DNA of 63,823 nucleotides, the filler included, from Octopus bimaculoides (taxonomy: Eukaryota): the NCBI RefSeq assembly GCF_001194135.2. It is 9 parts of 8 records of this genome, joined end to end, with 100 filler letters (N's around TTAATTAATTAA, not from the genome) between each part and the next. Parts side by side here need not be neighbours in the genome. Positions count along the whole stretch, not along the records: positions 19,104 to 26,930 come from NC_068990.1; positions 27,031 to 51,094 come from NC_068994.1; 7 more parts are not named here. One strand, given 5' to 3'. Positions 25,507 through 38,573 of the stretch are shown here, piece by piece. The first letter of the stretch is position 1. Each line of letters opens with the position of its first letter. The notes beneath the pieces are model-generated. The model was not told the DNA's origin, did not search any database, and saw only the letters and a program-made list of their open reading frames with translations. The translations under genes and the position numbers were made by a program.

Positions 25507-27229
25507 NNNNNNNNNNNNNNNNNNNNNNNNNNNNNNNNNNNNNNNNNNNNNNNNNNNNNNNNNNNNNNNNNNNNNNNNNNNNNNNNNNNNNNNNNNNNNN
25601 NNNNNNNNNNNNNNNNNNNNNNNNNNNNNNNNNNNNNNNNNNNNNNNNNNNNNNNNNNNNNNNNNNNNNNNNNNNNNNNNNNNNNNNNNNNNNNNNNNNN
25701 NNNNNNNNNNNNNNNNNNNNNNNNNNNNNNNNNNNNNNNNNNNNNNNNNNNNNNNNNNNNNNNNNNNNNNNNNNNNNNNNNNNNNNNNNNNNNNNNNNNN
25801 NNNNNNNNNNNNNNNNNNNNNNNNNNNNNNNNNNNNNNNNNNNNNNNNCATATGGGAATTTGAATATGCAAATAGAGAAATCTTTAATTAGGAAATAGAT
25901 ATATCATTTAAGACGCCATTTCCACCAATGGCGACAATTGGAGCAAAGGATTGTCACATTCATTTATATTTGTTATTTTAATAAATTCTACCCTTCTACT
26001 CTCTTTATATCCGCTCTCCCCACTCTCGCTCTCTTTCTTCTTTTCTTTATCACCCCTTCTCTTTCGGTCATTCCCCCCTCTCGCTCTTTCACCCGCCTTG
26101 ATAATGAGTGTTATATTAAATTAATTTTAAAATAAAACAAACTGCTAAACCATTTAACTTCCAAGTGTTACAGCATCGCATTTCAGAATATTTAGCCAAC
26201 TGTTGAGCGCCAGAAAATATGTAAGTTTGCAATTTTCGCATTGCTACCAAATGTACTAGCTATTTTAACAGATTTCTGCTTATGTACGTCATGTTAAAAG
26301 ACTGCATATAACTTCGTACACACAAGCACACACGAAGGCGGCGGGTATGTATGTACCAGCGTTTATCACGTTTCAGTGCAGAATCCGTTGGTTTTTTATT
26401 TGTTGCGGCCGCTATGTTATCCGAGTCGACAACGTCGCGCCGTCTGACATTCTAGGTTTATCACAGTTAACCAAGTCCCTAAGACTATATTTCTCGCGAC
26501 AAGGACACTGGTGACTATTACTACTATTACTACTACTACTGCTACTACTACTACTACTACTACGACAGGGCTGTTGCTACTACTACTACTACAACGATGA
26601 CGACAAAATTGTTTCTTGTTTGGGCAAGAGGGTAGCAATCTGTGGTCAAGTGGAGGAGGGAACTAATAGATTATACCAACTCCAGTAATGACCGATACTT
26701 AATTTCGTTGACCCAGTTGGAAAGAAGGACACAGATAGCCACGGCAGAATTTGAACTCAGAACGTGAAGCACCAAAATGCCGCAAGGCATTGTACCAATC
26801 CTAACTACTAAAAAATAATTAAATTAAATCTTGTTTAGAGCAATAATATAGGGAAGGCTGAAAAGAAAGATTACTAGGTTGTAAGATCACGTTAAACGTA
26901 TTTAGGTAAATATATATATATATATATATANNNNNNNNNNNNNNNNNNNNNNNNNNNNNNNNNNNNNNNNNNNNTTAATTAATTAANNNNNNNNNNNNNN
27001 NNNNNNNNNNNNNNNNNNNNNNNNNNNNNNCTTATGATTTTCTTCTAACATTTCCAAATTCCTCACAGACCATACATGTATCTGCTTTGCTAACATTTAG
27101 TATATTCAGTTCCAGAACAATCCATTTATAATGCTGATAACGTTGCAGCCGCTTAAGATGAGGAAAAAAAAAAAAAACGGAGTTAAGTACAAAAGGGAAA
27201 TCACTCTTGCATTCGGTAAACAATGTTAG

Positions 27230-27650
27230 ATGTTTTGCAAAGAACTCGCACATACAAGTGCTACCAGTCGAAAACTTCGCATACCGGAAGCCAGCAAGTG
27301 TATGGGGTCATCAGGAGAGAATGCGCGCCGTTTCGGGGGCCTACCTCTCGAAGGCATCAATGCGCACCTCACTGATATGAGGCCCCGCTTGCAAGATCAA
27401 CTGGTTATTAAATACAGCTCAATACTTTTCTGGCCATCGCTCATCGTCTCTTTGTAACTAAATCCAGTGGCTAGCCTTTTCCACTGTTGTTTGGATATCG
27501 GTCATGGTGGTATTTACTTTACGATGTGTTAGGCCTAACGATAACAACAGTCGTCTCACACTGTGTCCAACAAACCCTCTACATCCAACTTCGATTGGAA
27601 AATGCTCCGCTTTCCAGCCTGCGTCTTCACATTCCTCGAGGAAGTTCACA
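27230..27650 (-). mobile_element. 3' end of a HERO-like RLE non-LTR retrotransposon
   Basis: FLEECEDAGWKAEHFPIEVGCRGFVGHSVRRLLLSLG...VEKASHWI*LKR has the EVGCRGF and ASxWIW signature. Its 3' UTR contains GAAAC and CTGATGA motifs. Confidence 0.8.
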
Positions 27651-28089
27651 TAACAATAATACTAATTGTCTCCCTTGCATAACTTACACTAAAGTGGGTT
27701 TTTGTTTTTCTTATCTCTTTCTTTATGCGCGGTACATTTCGGGAAGGGAATTAATCCTTACTGTTACTCTTTCAAATAAAAATAACAGTGGCCTCCCTTC
27801 TTTTTGGTTTTCGTAATGGCTTACATCAGGTGTTCTCAGACGACCAAATATGATGCAAATTTAATAAAAGTGAAAAAAATATGTAGAAGCAAAACTTAGG
27901 AGTTTTTTTCCATTCTTAATCTTTATATGAAGAGTATTCCCAACCAGACAGTTTCAGGTGCAGTCCTCAATGTGCAATGCCTTGGGCAAGCGTCATCTAT
28001 TAGAATCACGCCGACTAGACCCTTGGAAGTGAATTTAGTCGACAGAAGCTGTGGAGCCCGCCGTGCATGGCCTCGTATACATACATACA

Positions 28090-29194
28090 TACATTATATA
28101 TCATGTGCACTTCATAATTAGTAACGAAAGTAACCGCATTGCATTCAGGTGCGTTGAAATAATGTGTATACTTTCCAGGTGGCCTCCACTCATTATCAAT
28201 AAAATTTTTAATTTCTGAAGTAGGTACACACACCAAAGCATATTTAAAACTGTATTTTGTATGGGATATATCTTCAAGCTTGCACCTAGGGAGATGTTTC
28301 TATTATAAACTTGTCTCTTCAAGTTATCAACAAAGTACAAGAGCAGAAACTGAAGCCTTTCATTGAGGAGGGCCCAAGTAGGCCAATCTTGTTGTAGGTT
28401 AGCCCTTTTACTTTAAAAGTTGGCATGAATTCCCCTTCTCTGGTGACGTTGGCTCCAAAGTAAGTCATTTGAAAAGTGAGGTTATATCTTCTGTTCTTTA
28501 AAAAAAAATGCTAAATAGCAGCAGTAAGACGCTATTTTGGATGCTCTGGTGGATCAACAAGAACTGGTAGATTAACTTTTCCATTTGAACAACACATTGC
28601 ATGAGACTTTTGCTTCAATTTCTTAGACTAACACATCACATATTTTGGACATGGAAAAATAGAAACGATTTTTACAGAAGCATAACCTTGTCATGGGTCA
28701 TAATTGGAAGCACCTCTTTTCTGCAGCTCATGCGTGTATGGTCGTCATCAAGCCTCTCTGTCTTACTCTTTGAGCTTGAGTTTTCTGCCTGGCCTGGCCT
28801 GGCCTGGAAACTGTTCTGGGGTTTCGCAGTATCTATGTGCATCCTGTTTGGCAGCATTCTATTAAAAGCGAGCCTGTTGTCCATCGGGCGTCTCCAATTG
28901 TCTATGAACAGCCTGTCTAGTAACATTTTGCTTATGGTAAGTGCCATTTTCTATGAGCTGCATTCCTGGCAATATTAGCTTGGAGTCTTTGTCGACGTTG
29001 TTCATTTGTTTTTGCTGCTCTCGGAACACACTAGCGTTTGGTAGCAAAACACGTTGCAAAGGGGGTCCAATTTTCCTGGAGCATTCTTAACGATAGCCTT
29101 CAGCTTTTATTGTCCAAGGGTTGTTTTTTAACCTAATATTCTAATTTTTTTAATTTTTATTTATGTGCATTTTTAAAGCCTAGCCAGGCCTATG
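28090..29194 (-). mobile_element. Helitron 5' region with decayed Rep N-terminal domain
   Basis: Minus strand in order: CPKYV..MCCSNGKVNLPVLVDPP; NRRYNLTFQMTYFGA; FMPTFKVKGLTYNKIGLL; LQFLLLYFVDN; RPPGKYTHYFNAP. These match Helitron motifs CCSNGKVxLP, YNxxFQMTSFG, FMPTFKVQGQVYHxIGSL, FLQIYF and RFNAP. Confidence 0.85.
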
Positions 29195-29918
29195 NNNNNN
29201 NNNNNNNNNNNNNNNNNNNNNNNNNNNNNNNNNNNNNNNNNNNNNNNNNNNNNNNNNNNNNNNNNNNNNNNNNNNNNNNNNNNNNNNNNNNNNNNNNNNN
29301 NNNNNNNNNNNNNNNNNNNNNNNNNNNNNNNNNNNNNNNNNNNNNNNNNNNNNNNNNNNNNNNNNNNNNNNNNNNNNNNNNNNNNNNNNNNNNNNNNNNN
29401 NNNNNNNNNNNNNNNNNNNNNNNNNNNNNNNNNNNNNNNNNNNNNNNNNNNNNNNNNNNNNNNNNNNNNNNNNNNNNNNNNNNNNNNNNNNNNNNNNNNN
29501 NNNNNNNNNNNNNNNNNNNNNNNNNNNNNNNNNNNNNNNNNNNNNNNNNNNNNNNNNNNNNNNNNNNNNNNNNNNNNNNNNNNNNNNNNNNNNNNNNNNN
29601 NNNNNNNNNNNNNNNNNNNNNNNNNNNNNNNNNNNNNNNNNNNNNNNNNNNNNNNNNNNNNNNNNNNNNNNNNNNNNNNNNNNNNNNNNNNNNNNNNNNN
29701 NNNNNGTTACAACTGGTGAACAACCATTGTTGCTCACCTTTCTTTTTCTTTTTGTGGAGGCACCCGCCTCCACGACTTTCTCCGCCTCCCCCTCCAGTGG
29801 GGGGGGCACTTTTTCCTACAGCTACTTACCACACAACCACTCCTGCAAAAGTATAGAGTAATCCATCAGATTAATGTAAAATTGTTTTTATTATAAGTGA
29901 ACAAGAAAACAAACATTA

Positions 29919-29953
<35 letters not shown>

Positions 29954-29989
29954 GAAAGACCATGTAGAACTTCAAAATTTTACATGGCC

Positions 29990-30185
29990 ATTCACCATGC
30001 TGGAAATAGCAATCAATTCTCCCTTAAATTTCGTTCTTAATCCTGCCATCTTAGAAATGACATGTACAAATGTGACACTGGGTTGTTTGCCCATAGGTAA
30101 ATGGTGAGGTAATCATGGCTAGAAAGCCTTTCTTTGTAGGATCTGCTCAATCAGAGTTGACCAGGAGCTACACAACAACAACAGC
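29990..30185 (+). repeat. Dispersed repeat family U; copies at 14290-14530(-) and 49085-49320(-)
   Basis: Shared GCTGGAAATAGC..TCTCCCT..AATC.. head and GATCTGCTC.ATCAG.G.TGACC.GG.GCTA.ACAACAACA tail. Confidence 0.6.
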
Positions 30186-30466
30186 TGCAACTAATTTTAA
30201 GTTTTCTTTCGAAATGTTATAGTGAGAGGACAAAGGACAGTGCCCATAACGGGGCCCTTGAGACTGATGAGAGAGGAAAGGAAGAAGTAATCGTCAGACA
30301 ATGAACCTGATCTGAAAGCTAGCAACAGATAGCAGGTCCTTGAACACACACACACGATCACCTCAAAAATAAAGAGACACTTCTCGTGATACCTTTTTTC
30401 TGTGTGGCCACTACCTGGTGCTTCAAACTTACTAATACTTAATGCACAAGGCATGTCTACTAAATT

Positions 30467-30850
30467 GGAGGTGCAATGGCCCAGTGGTTAGGGCAGCGGA
30501 CTCACGGTCATAGGATCGCAGTTTCGATTCCCAGACCGAGTGTTGTGAGTGTTTATTGAGCGAAAACACCTAAAAGCTCCACGAGGCTCCGGCAGGGGGT
30601 GGTGGCGAACCCTGCTGTACTCTTCCACCACAACTTTCTCTCACTCTTACTTCCTGTTTCTGTTGTACCTGTAATTCAAAGGGTCAGCCTTGTCACACTG
30701 TGTCACGCTGAATATCCCCGAGAAGTACGTTAAGGGTACACATGTCTATGGAGTACTCAGCCACTTGCACGTTAATTTCACGAGCAGGCTGTTCCATTGA
30801 TCGGATCAACTGGAACCTTCGACGTCGTAAGCGACGGAGTGCCAACAACA
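30467..30850 (+). mobile_element. Full-length tRNA-derived SINE, family R, with 12-bp TSD; other copies at 36890-37235 and a 5' fragment at 3945-4030
   Basis: TGGCCCAGTGG (A box) and GTTTCGATTCCC (B box); ends (AAC)n; TSD ATGTCTACTAAA at 30453-64 and 30851-62. Confidence 0.88.
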
Positions 30851-31494
30851 ATGTCTACTAAACACTAGATTAAGTATGATACAAATAAGATATTTTTTTG
30901 AATGCAGAACAATTGTTAGAGCAGTAGAAGAACTGGGTAAGTTATCCTTGCAAAGTGGAAAAATTTGTCAGGACACTTATCAGGGACTCCAGCTAAGAAG
31001 ATCTGAAGAAGGAATTGTAATTCCAAAATATGATCGGACTATAGATAACCAAATTACAACAGGTATATAGTCCATTTCTTGTTCTATAGTGCTTTGTTGT
31101 ACCATTCTAAACTTTTTATTCTTTACAAACAATACACAATGCTTCAAGCAAACTACAATACTCTCCAAACTAACATTTGTTTATACTAGATTAAGTATTT
31201 AAATCCATCAAATGACAATTAATTTTGTTTCTATCATTAGATCATTAGGAAGAGTGGCAATCCCTCATGTGGTCATGTTAACTGATCCATGGTGTTGCAT
31301 GGCTTTCTCTTCCTGCCTGTGCATAGTAGTTTTGGAGTGAGAGTCAGTCTGTGCAATCCAGTCTCATTCTTTAGAATTGGAGCTCAAACCCACAGAGGTT
31401 CAGTGGGCTAAGACAGCTACAGGGACCACACAAACTGCAGGTTTTACATCGGAGTGGCCTTCTCCACGGAAATGCCTATTTCTTCATGTTGTTT

Positions 31495-31671
31495 TGAATT
31501 AATGATGCTTCATCTTGATTATCTCATAACTTCAAGATTTCAATAATGTGACTGTTTATTTTTAGAATGACATTGGAGGATAGGTGTGAGAGGCTGAATC
31601 TGGTCAGTTTGAACATAACACAGGTAGAATATCTAGGCTGGATATGGCCCATTTAAATACCAGAGGGTTAA
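31495..31671 (-). mobile_element. piggyBac-like (TTAA) MITE fragment; related copy at 39279-39448 (+)
   Basis: Ends ...AGAGGGTTAA. The body is the reverse complement of 39279-39448 (TTCAAACTGAC.AGAT..GCCTCTCACAC.TA..CTAC.A.GTCATTCTAAAAATAAACA). Confidence 0.6.
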
Positions 31672-33759
31672 GGTTGTAAGGTTGTACACCTACTTCTATG
31701 TTTTGATTTGTTCCCACCACCTACCATGGAGTTGCAGGAAGGGTGTGAAAGAGGGTACCAGACCACTTGAGGGGCTCCACTCCTTGATTTGCTGTCGAGA
31801 TTGACTCCCCCAACCTTTTCCTTTCCCAAAGCACTCACAAGGCAATGAAGGTTTGTGCTGGAAGTTTCTTCCATAATGCTTGCAACAGTGGAACTCTGCT
31901 AAAGGCACCTAAGGGACCAGACAGTGGTGTTAAACAGGGTGACAGATTAAGTCTTCCACACAGATGATAAAAGGGAAAAGACCCACTTCAGTCATGAAAG
32001 ACCATGGGATTGCATCTAGAAAGTTCCCCTCCAAGGCACAAGTCCAAGCAAGGTTGTTTATGGAAGACCAGCAGTCGCCCATGCATACCGGCATCCCCTT
32101 ACCGTGCCACTGATGCTATCCAAAGGAAAGACAAAGGCCGATACAGCTTGGCACCAGTGACGTCACAACTCATTTCTACAGCTGAGTGAACCAGAGCAAC
32201 ATTAAATAAAGTGTCTTGCTCAAGAACACAACACACAGCCTGGTTCAGGAACTGAACTCACTACCTCATGATTGTGAGCCCGACACTCTAACCACTAAGT
32301 CATGTGCCTTCACACACAAATGATAAGAGTATGATTAATCATCAACGGNNNNNNNNNNNNNNNNNNNNNNNNNNNNNNNNNNNNNNNNNNNNNNNNNNNN
32401 NNNNNNNNNNNNNNNNNNNNNNNNNNNNNNNNNNNNNNNNNNNNNNNNNNNNNNNNNNNNNNNNNNNNNNNNNNNNNNNNNNNNNNNNNNNNNNNNNNNN
32501 NNNNNNNNNNNNNNNNNNNNNNNNNNNNNNNNNNNNNNNNNNNNNNNNNNNNNNNNNNNNNNNNNNNNNNNNNNNNNNNNNNNNNNNNNNNNNNNNNNNN
32601 NNNNNNNNNNNNNNNNNNNNNNNNNNNNNNNNNNNNNNNNNNNNNNNNNNNNNNNNNNNNNNNNNNNNNNNNNNNNNNNNNNNNNNNNNNNNNNNNNNNN
32701 NNNNNNNNNNNNNNNNNNNNNNNNNNNNNNNNNNNNNNNNNNNNNNNNNNNNNNNNNNNNNNNNNNNNNNNNNNNNNNNNNNNNNNNNNNNNNNNNNNNN
32801 NNNNNNNNNNNNNNNNNNNNNNNNNNNNNNNNNNNNNNNNNNNNNNNNNNNNNNNNNNNNNNNNNNNNNNNNNNNNNNNNNNNNNNNNNNNNNNNNNNNN
32901 NNNNNNNNNNNNNNNNNNNNNNNNNNNNNNNNNNNNNNNNNNNNNNNNNNNNNNNNNNNNNNNNNNNNNNNNNNNNNNNNNNNNNNNNNNNNNNNNNNNN
33001 NNNNNNNNNNNNNNNNNNNNNNNNNNNNNNNNNNNNNNNNNNNNNNNNNNNNNNNNNNNNNNNNNNNNNNNNNNNNNNNNNNNNNNNNNNNNNNNNNNNN
33101 NNNNNNNNNNNNNNNNNNNNNNNNNNNNNNNNNNNNNNNNNNNNNNNNNNNNNNNNNNNNNNNNNNNNNNNNNNNNNNNNNNNNNNNNNNNNNNNNNNNN
33201 NNNNNNNNNNNNNNNNNNNNNNNNNNNNNNNNNNNNNNNNNNNNNNNNNNNNNNNNNNNNNNNNNNNNNNNNNNNNNNNNNNNNNNNNNNNNNNNNNNNT
33301 AGGGGCGGAGGGGGGGGGCTCAGAAAACTCAAGGGGAGCCCCAGGTGGCACTCACTTTAGTTATGGCACTGTGTGCCATGTGCTTTCACAGGCAGACCAG
33401 CAACAATTCATTAACTTAAACAAGTGAAGCCGCTATGTGTAAAATAGAGCAGACAAAGAAGAAAAAGAAAAACTACCAATATACAATGGAAAAAAAATTA
33501 TTATTATTATTATCATCATCATTATTATCATTATTGATCATAATTATTATTTAAAAAAAAAAAAATCAAATGGAAAAAAAAAAACCATTCTTTAACACGA
33601 TATTTCATAACTTAGTAACTGTGGTTTTTTCTTGGTTAAAAACATTGTACCCTCCAAATAAAGTTCAGAAGTTCAAAACCTGGTAACAGCGCTGAACAGA
33701 TTTTACATATGTATGTATGTATTTATATATATCTATTTGTGTGTGTGCGTGTGTGTGTA

Positions 33760-33802
<43 letters not shown>

Positions 33803-34642
33803 GTGTGTGTGTGTGTGTGTATGTGTGTATATATATACACATGTATGTATGTATATTTGTATTTGTCTAGTGAATGTTTATATAATTCTGAAGAATGGAC
33901 ATCAACAAGTAAAAAAACATTGTAAGTCATATAAGAAAAAACAGAACAAAAAAAAAAAACAGGGGTGGAAATCCTCACANNNNNNNNNNNNNNNNNNNNN
34001 NNNNNNNNNNNNNNNNNNNNNNNNNNNNNNNNNNNNNNNNNNNNNNNNNNNNNNNNNNNNNNNNNNNNNNNNNNNNNNNNNNNNNNNNNNNNNNNNNNNN
34101 NNNNNNNNNNNNNNNNNNNNNNNNNNNNNNNNNNNNNNNNNNNNNNNNNNNNNNNNNNNNNNNNNNNNNNNNNNNNNNNNNNNNNNNNNNNNNNNNNNNN
34201 NNNNNNNNNNNNNNNNNNNNNNNNNNNNNNNNNNNNNNNNNNNNNNNNNNNNNNNNNNNNNNNNNNNNNNNNNNNNNNNNNNNNNNNNNNNNNNNNNNNN
34301 NNNNNNNNNNNNNNNNNNNNNNNNNNNNNNNNNNNNNNNNNNNNNNNNNNNNNNNNNNNNNNNNNNNNNNNNNNNNNNNNNNNNNNNNNNNNNTATATAT
34401 ATATATATATATTTGTATGTCTGTGTATATATATATGTATGTGTAAGTATGCATGATTTTAATGTAAGTATACATTCATGCAAGTAAGTATACATTCCAC
34501 CTCATGTGCCTATACACACACATACACACACACACACGATCATCTCAAAAGTAAATAGACACTTCTCATGATACAATTTTATCTGTGTGTCCACCACTTG
34601 TTAATGCATTATCCACAAGGTATGTCTAATAAATACGTCATT

Positions 34643-34863
34643 GGTTTCGAATTTTGGCACAAAGCCAGTAATTTCAGGGGAGGGAGTAAGTCGTCGAATT
34701 ACATCAACCCCCAGTGCTCAACTGGTACTTTATTTTATCGACCCTGGAAGGGATGAAAGGCAAAGTCAACCTTGGCAGGATTTGAACTCAGAACGTTAAG
34801 ATGGAGGAAATGCAACTAAGCATTTTAAACAGCAAGTTAACAATTCTACCAGCTCATTGCCTT
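34643..34863 (-). mobile_element. SINE family M, the most abundant here; other copies near 473-640, 1012-1205, 1235-1400, 63600-63775 (+) and 2385-2600, 15825-16200, 16210-16380, 16400-16540, 26660-26790, 41583-41815, 42080-42270, 43340-43465, 43515-43722, 57680-57905 (-)
   Basis: Recurrent core GAGTTCAAATTCCGCCGAGGTCGACTTTGCCTTTCATCCTTTCGGGGTCGATAAA..GTACCAG, with a B-box-like GAGTTCAAAT. It resembles conserved Meta-type SINE central domains (unverified). Confidence 0.85.
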
Positions 34864-34969
34864 ACCAAATACTTGATTAAGTATTTAAATGTATCAAATG
34901 ACATTATTTCGTTTCTAGAAATAAATCTTTCAAAAATGATGGTGTCTATTTATTTTTGAAATGTCTATG

Positions 34970-35030
<61 letters not shown>

Positions 35031-36289
35031 ATAAGTATGTATATACATATAGAGATATAGAGGAAGATAGAGAGAAGTGTGTGTGTGCATGTGTGTAATG
35101 TAAGTGTGTATGGTATATGATATGCATGTCAGCAGTAAAACAGGTTGTTTTTTAAAGTTACACCTGGTATCAGAAATACCAAAAACTGGAAGAATGTACT
35201 AATACAGTATATGATCTTCGTAGATTTAGAATAAATGAATACAGATGCTGGATAAATCATGAAACTGAATGTAAACTAAAAAGAACGTGTAAATAAATGA
35301 GTGACTGAAAGCATCAGGCCAGATAGTGCATTATATATATATGTATATATATCTATGTATGTGTGTATGTGTATGTATATATATAACGAGGCATTGCATG
35401 GTATTCTTTGGCAAGACAATTAGCTCTACTTGCCCACTATAGCCAAGCTAGTGATGACAATGTGGTGATAACGATGTTAGAGTTGACAATGGAGTTATAA
35501 GAACTGGATATATGTCCATAGGTATTGCAGATTGGGCAGTAATCATCGCAGGTATGTGGACAATGGTCACAAAAAAAAACATGGTGGTTCGGGGAAATGC
35601 ACGTGGTGATGCATTAAAATATTTATAAATTCCATCCATGGATTATTATTACTATATATATATATATATNNNNNNNNNNNNNNNNNNNNNNNNNNNNNNN
35701 NNNNNNNNNNNNNNNNNNNNNNNNNNNNNNNNNNNNNNNNNNNNNNNNNNNNNNNNNNNNNNNNNNNNNNNNNNNNNNNNNNNNNNNNNNNNNNNNNNNN
35801 NNNNNNNNNNNNNNNNNNNNNNNNNNNNNNNNNNNNNNNNNNNNNNNNNNNNNNNNNNNNNNNNNNNNNNNNNNNNNNNNNNNNNNNNNNNNNNNNNNNN
35901 NNNNNNNNNNNNNNNNNNNNNNNNNNNNNNNNNNNNNNNNNNNNNNNNNNNNNNNNNNNNNNNNNNNNNNNNNNNNNNNNNNNNNNNNNNNNNNNNNNNN
36001 NNNNNNNNNNNNNNNNNNNNNNNNNNNNNNNNNNNNNNNNNNNNNNNNNNNNNNNNNNNNNNNNNNNNNNNNNNNNNNNNNNNNNNNNNNNNNNNNNNNN
36101 NNNNNNNNNNAAAAAAAAAAAAAAAAAAGAAGAAAATGAAAAAAAAATGATGAGAAAATACAGTTCTAAGCCATTGAAAGCAAGACCAAAACCATTTAAA
36201 CTAATTTCAGTATATTGTGAAAGATAGAGCATTACCCTTCTCTCTCTCTCTCTCTCTCTCTCATATGTGATGATGGTTTATTTAGGCTA

Positions 36290-36600
36290 AGTGATAAAAT
36301 TCATAATGATATTTCCACAAACCACATGACAACACTATTTCTACATGCTATATGATATTGATATATCTACAAAACCTGTGATAGCGATATCATTCATTAC
36401 ATACCATCAGATAATTAGATCTCAACAAACCACATGACAGTGATATCACCAGTGATATCACATGGTCACAACATTTCTACAAATTTCTACATACTACATG
36501 ATAACAATATCTCCACAAACCCTCATTATAATGATATTTCCAGAAGCCCCATAATAGTGATATCTCACCAACCCCATGGTAACAATATCACCTCATGACC
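36290..36600. repeat. Degenerate minisatellite, unit about 27 bp (approx. ATGATAATGATATCTCCACAAACC), about 10 copies
   Basis: Recurring GATAT(C/T)TCCACAAACC(A/C)CATGA segments. Confidence 0.6.
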
Positions 36601-37962
36601 ATCAGACTCACAAAGTTATGATATCAGTTCTTAAGATCCAAAGAGCATTAAGTAGATAAGCTTATAAATCTACTCTCGGGACAGGATATCAGTCTGTTAT
36701 ATCATTTAGTTCCTGAAATTATTCTGGTACTTCTCAGCCCATGAGCAACTGTGCCATTGCGTAATCTTCTCTCTGGATAGGACATCAGCCTGTTATCTTA
36801 TTAACATTTCCCCCAAATTGATCTGGTATCTCTTGGCTGTCTGCCACCCGACGTTCAAATTCTGCCCAAATCAACATTCTCTCACACACACACACTGCGG
36901 TCGCACGGTCATAGGATCGTGGTTTCAATTCCCAAACCGGGTGTTGTGAGTGTTTATTGAGCGAAAACACCTAAAGCTCCACAAGGTTCCAGCAGCGGGG
37001 GTGGTGAACCCTGCTGTACTCTTTCACCACAACTTTCTCTCACTCTTTCTTTTGTGCCTATATTTCAAAAGGGCCAGCCTTGTCGCACTCTGAGTCATAC
37101 TGAATCTCCCTAAGAACTACGTTAAGGGTACACGTGTCTGTGGAGTGCTCAGCCACTTGCATGTTAATTTCACAAGAAGGCTGTTCTGTTGATCAGATGA
37201 AGTGGAACTCTTGTCGTAACCGACAGAGTGCAACGATATATATATATAACCTGATGTGGCTCCTGGTCTTGACAGTTCTTGTCAAAACATCTAATCCATG
37301 CCGGCATGGAAAACAGATGTTAAATGTTGATGGTGTGAGACAGCAAGAGAGAGAGAGAGAGAGCACAAGGCTTAGTGGTTAGGGTGTTGTGTTCACGATT
37401 GCAAGATCGCGGTTTCAGTTTCTGAACCCGGTTGGTGTGTTGCGTCTTTGAATAAAACACTTCATCTCGTGTTGCTCTGTGATCAAATTGATACATGATG
37501 TGTGGTACACTCAGCACCTGTTCAGGTAATATCAGTTTGAAGGAGAGAGTGAGATAATGTATAATACAAACATTTGATCGCTATACACAGATCAGCAAAG
37601 AAATGCCAAAATGCCTTTTTCGAACTACGAGAGACTACTATCACACACACACACACATACATACACACACATCATCATCATCATCGTTATCATTTAGCAT
37701 CTGCTTTCCATACTGGAATGGGCTAGATGGCTTGACTGGAACTGATAAGCTAAAGATCTGTACCAGGTTCCATGGTGTCAACAGCTAGATGCCCTTCTTA
37801 ACACCAACCACTCCAATAGTGAAATGGGTGTTTTCTATATGCCACTGGCACAGGTGCTTTTATGTGCCACCGGCAGCGGCCATGACTATGATTTCACTTA
37901 GCTCAATGAGTCTTCTCAAGCAGAGTATATATATCGCCAAAGGTCTCAGTGACTTGTCATTG

Positions 37963-38006
<44 letters not shown>

Positions 38007-38062
38007 CAAAAACTACTTACAGGGATGACGCAGGCGTTCGATCATGTAAAACAAATAATAAA

Positions 38063-38140
38063 TGAGTATATGCATATATACGTACAGGTATGTGCATACC
38101 TACGTCTACCTGTATATATAGGTGCATATCTGGGTTATAA
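38063..38140 (-). repeat. Dispersed repeat shared with 61118-61190 (+)
   Basis: Reverse-complement match; both give the peptide PDMHLYIQVDVGMHIPVRIYAYTHLL in the ORF track. Confidence 0.75.
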
Positions 38141-38573
38141 ACGTTTATATATTCATTTTGCAAGATTCTTGATGTGTTGAAACAGATATTGTTGTATTTG
38201 GGGATGGTCATGTTGCCAAAGGTGGGTGGGATTAGACTGGTATTTTTAACAGGACACATGACTGCATGGAAGCTTTCTTTGTTGGATCAGCTTTATCAGT
38301 CTGCTTTCTTACCACCACAACCACCACCACCACCATCATCATCAATATCATTTGACCAAGTTAATTTCATAAATTAGGCCCAAAATTCAAATTCCATAAA
38401 TATTTCTCTATTCAACAGAAAAATAATGAATAATGAATCTCTTTCTCTTTCTAACAAATGTGTGTATCTGTATTTGCGAACACTTGCATGCAATGTTTGT
38501 GTAAAGATGTTCCTTTGTGTGTGCTTTTTTTGCATAACTATAAGAGTGCATGTATAATTTAAAAGGTACACAT

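Noticed and set aside
27031-27180. Possible minus-strand exon RLQRYQHYKWIVLELNILN after a poly-T tract
   Set aside because: It has an AAG acceptor, an uncertain donor and no homology.
29706-29815. PPPLEGEAEKVVEAGASTKRKRK as LINE ORF1 or a nuclear protein exon
   Set aside because: About 35 codons of low complexity at a gap edge cannot be assigned.
30467-30545. SINE heads as genuine tRNA genes
   Set aside because: They have A/B boxes but no complete cloverleaf, and they continue into SINE bodies with TSDs.
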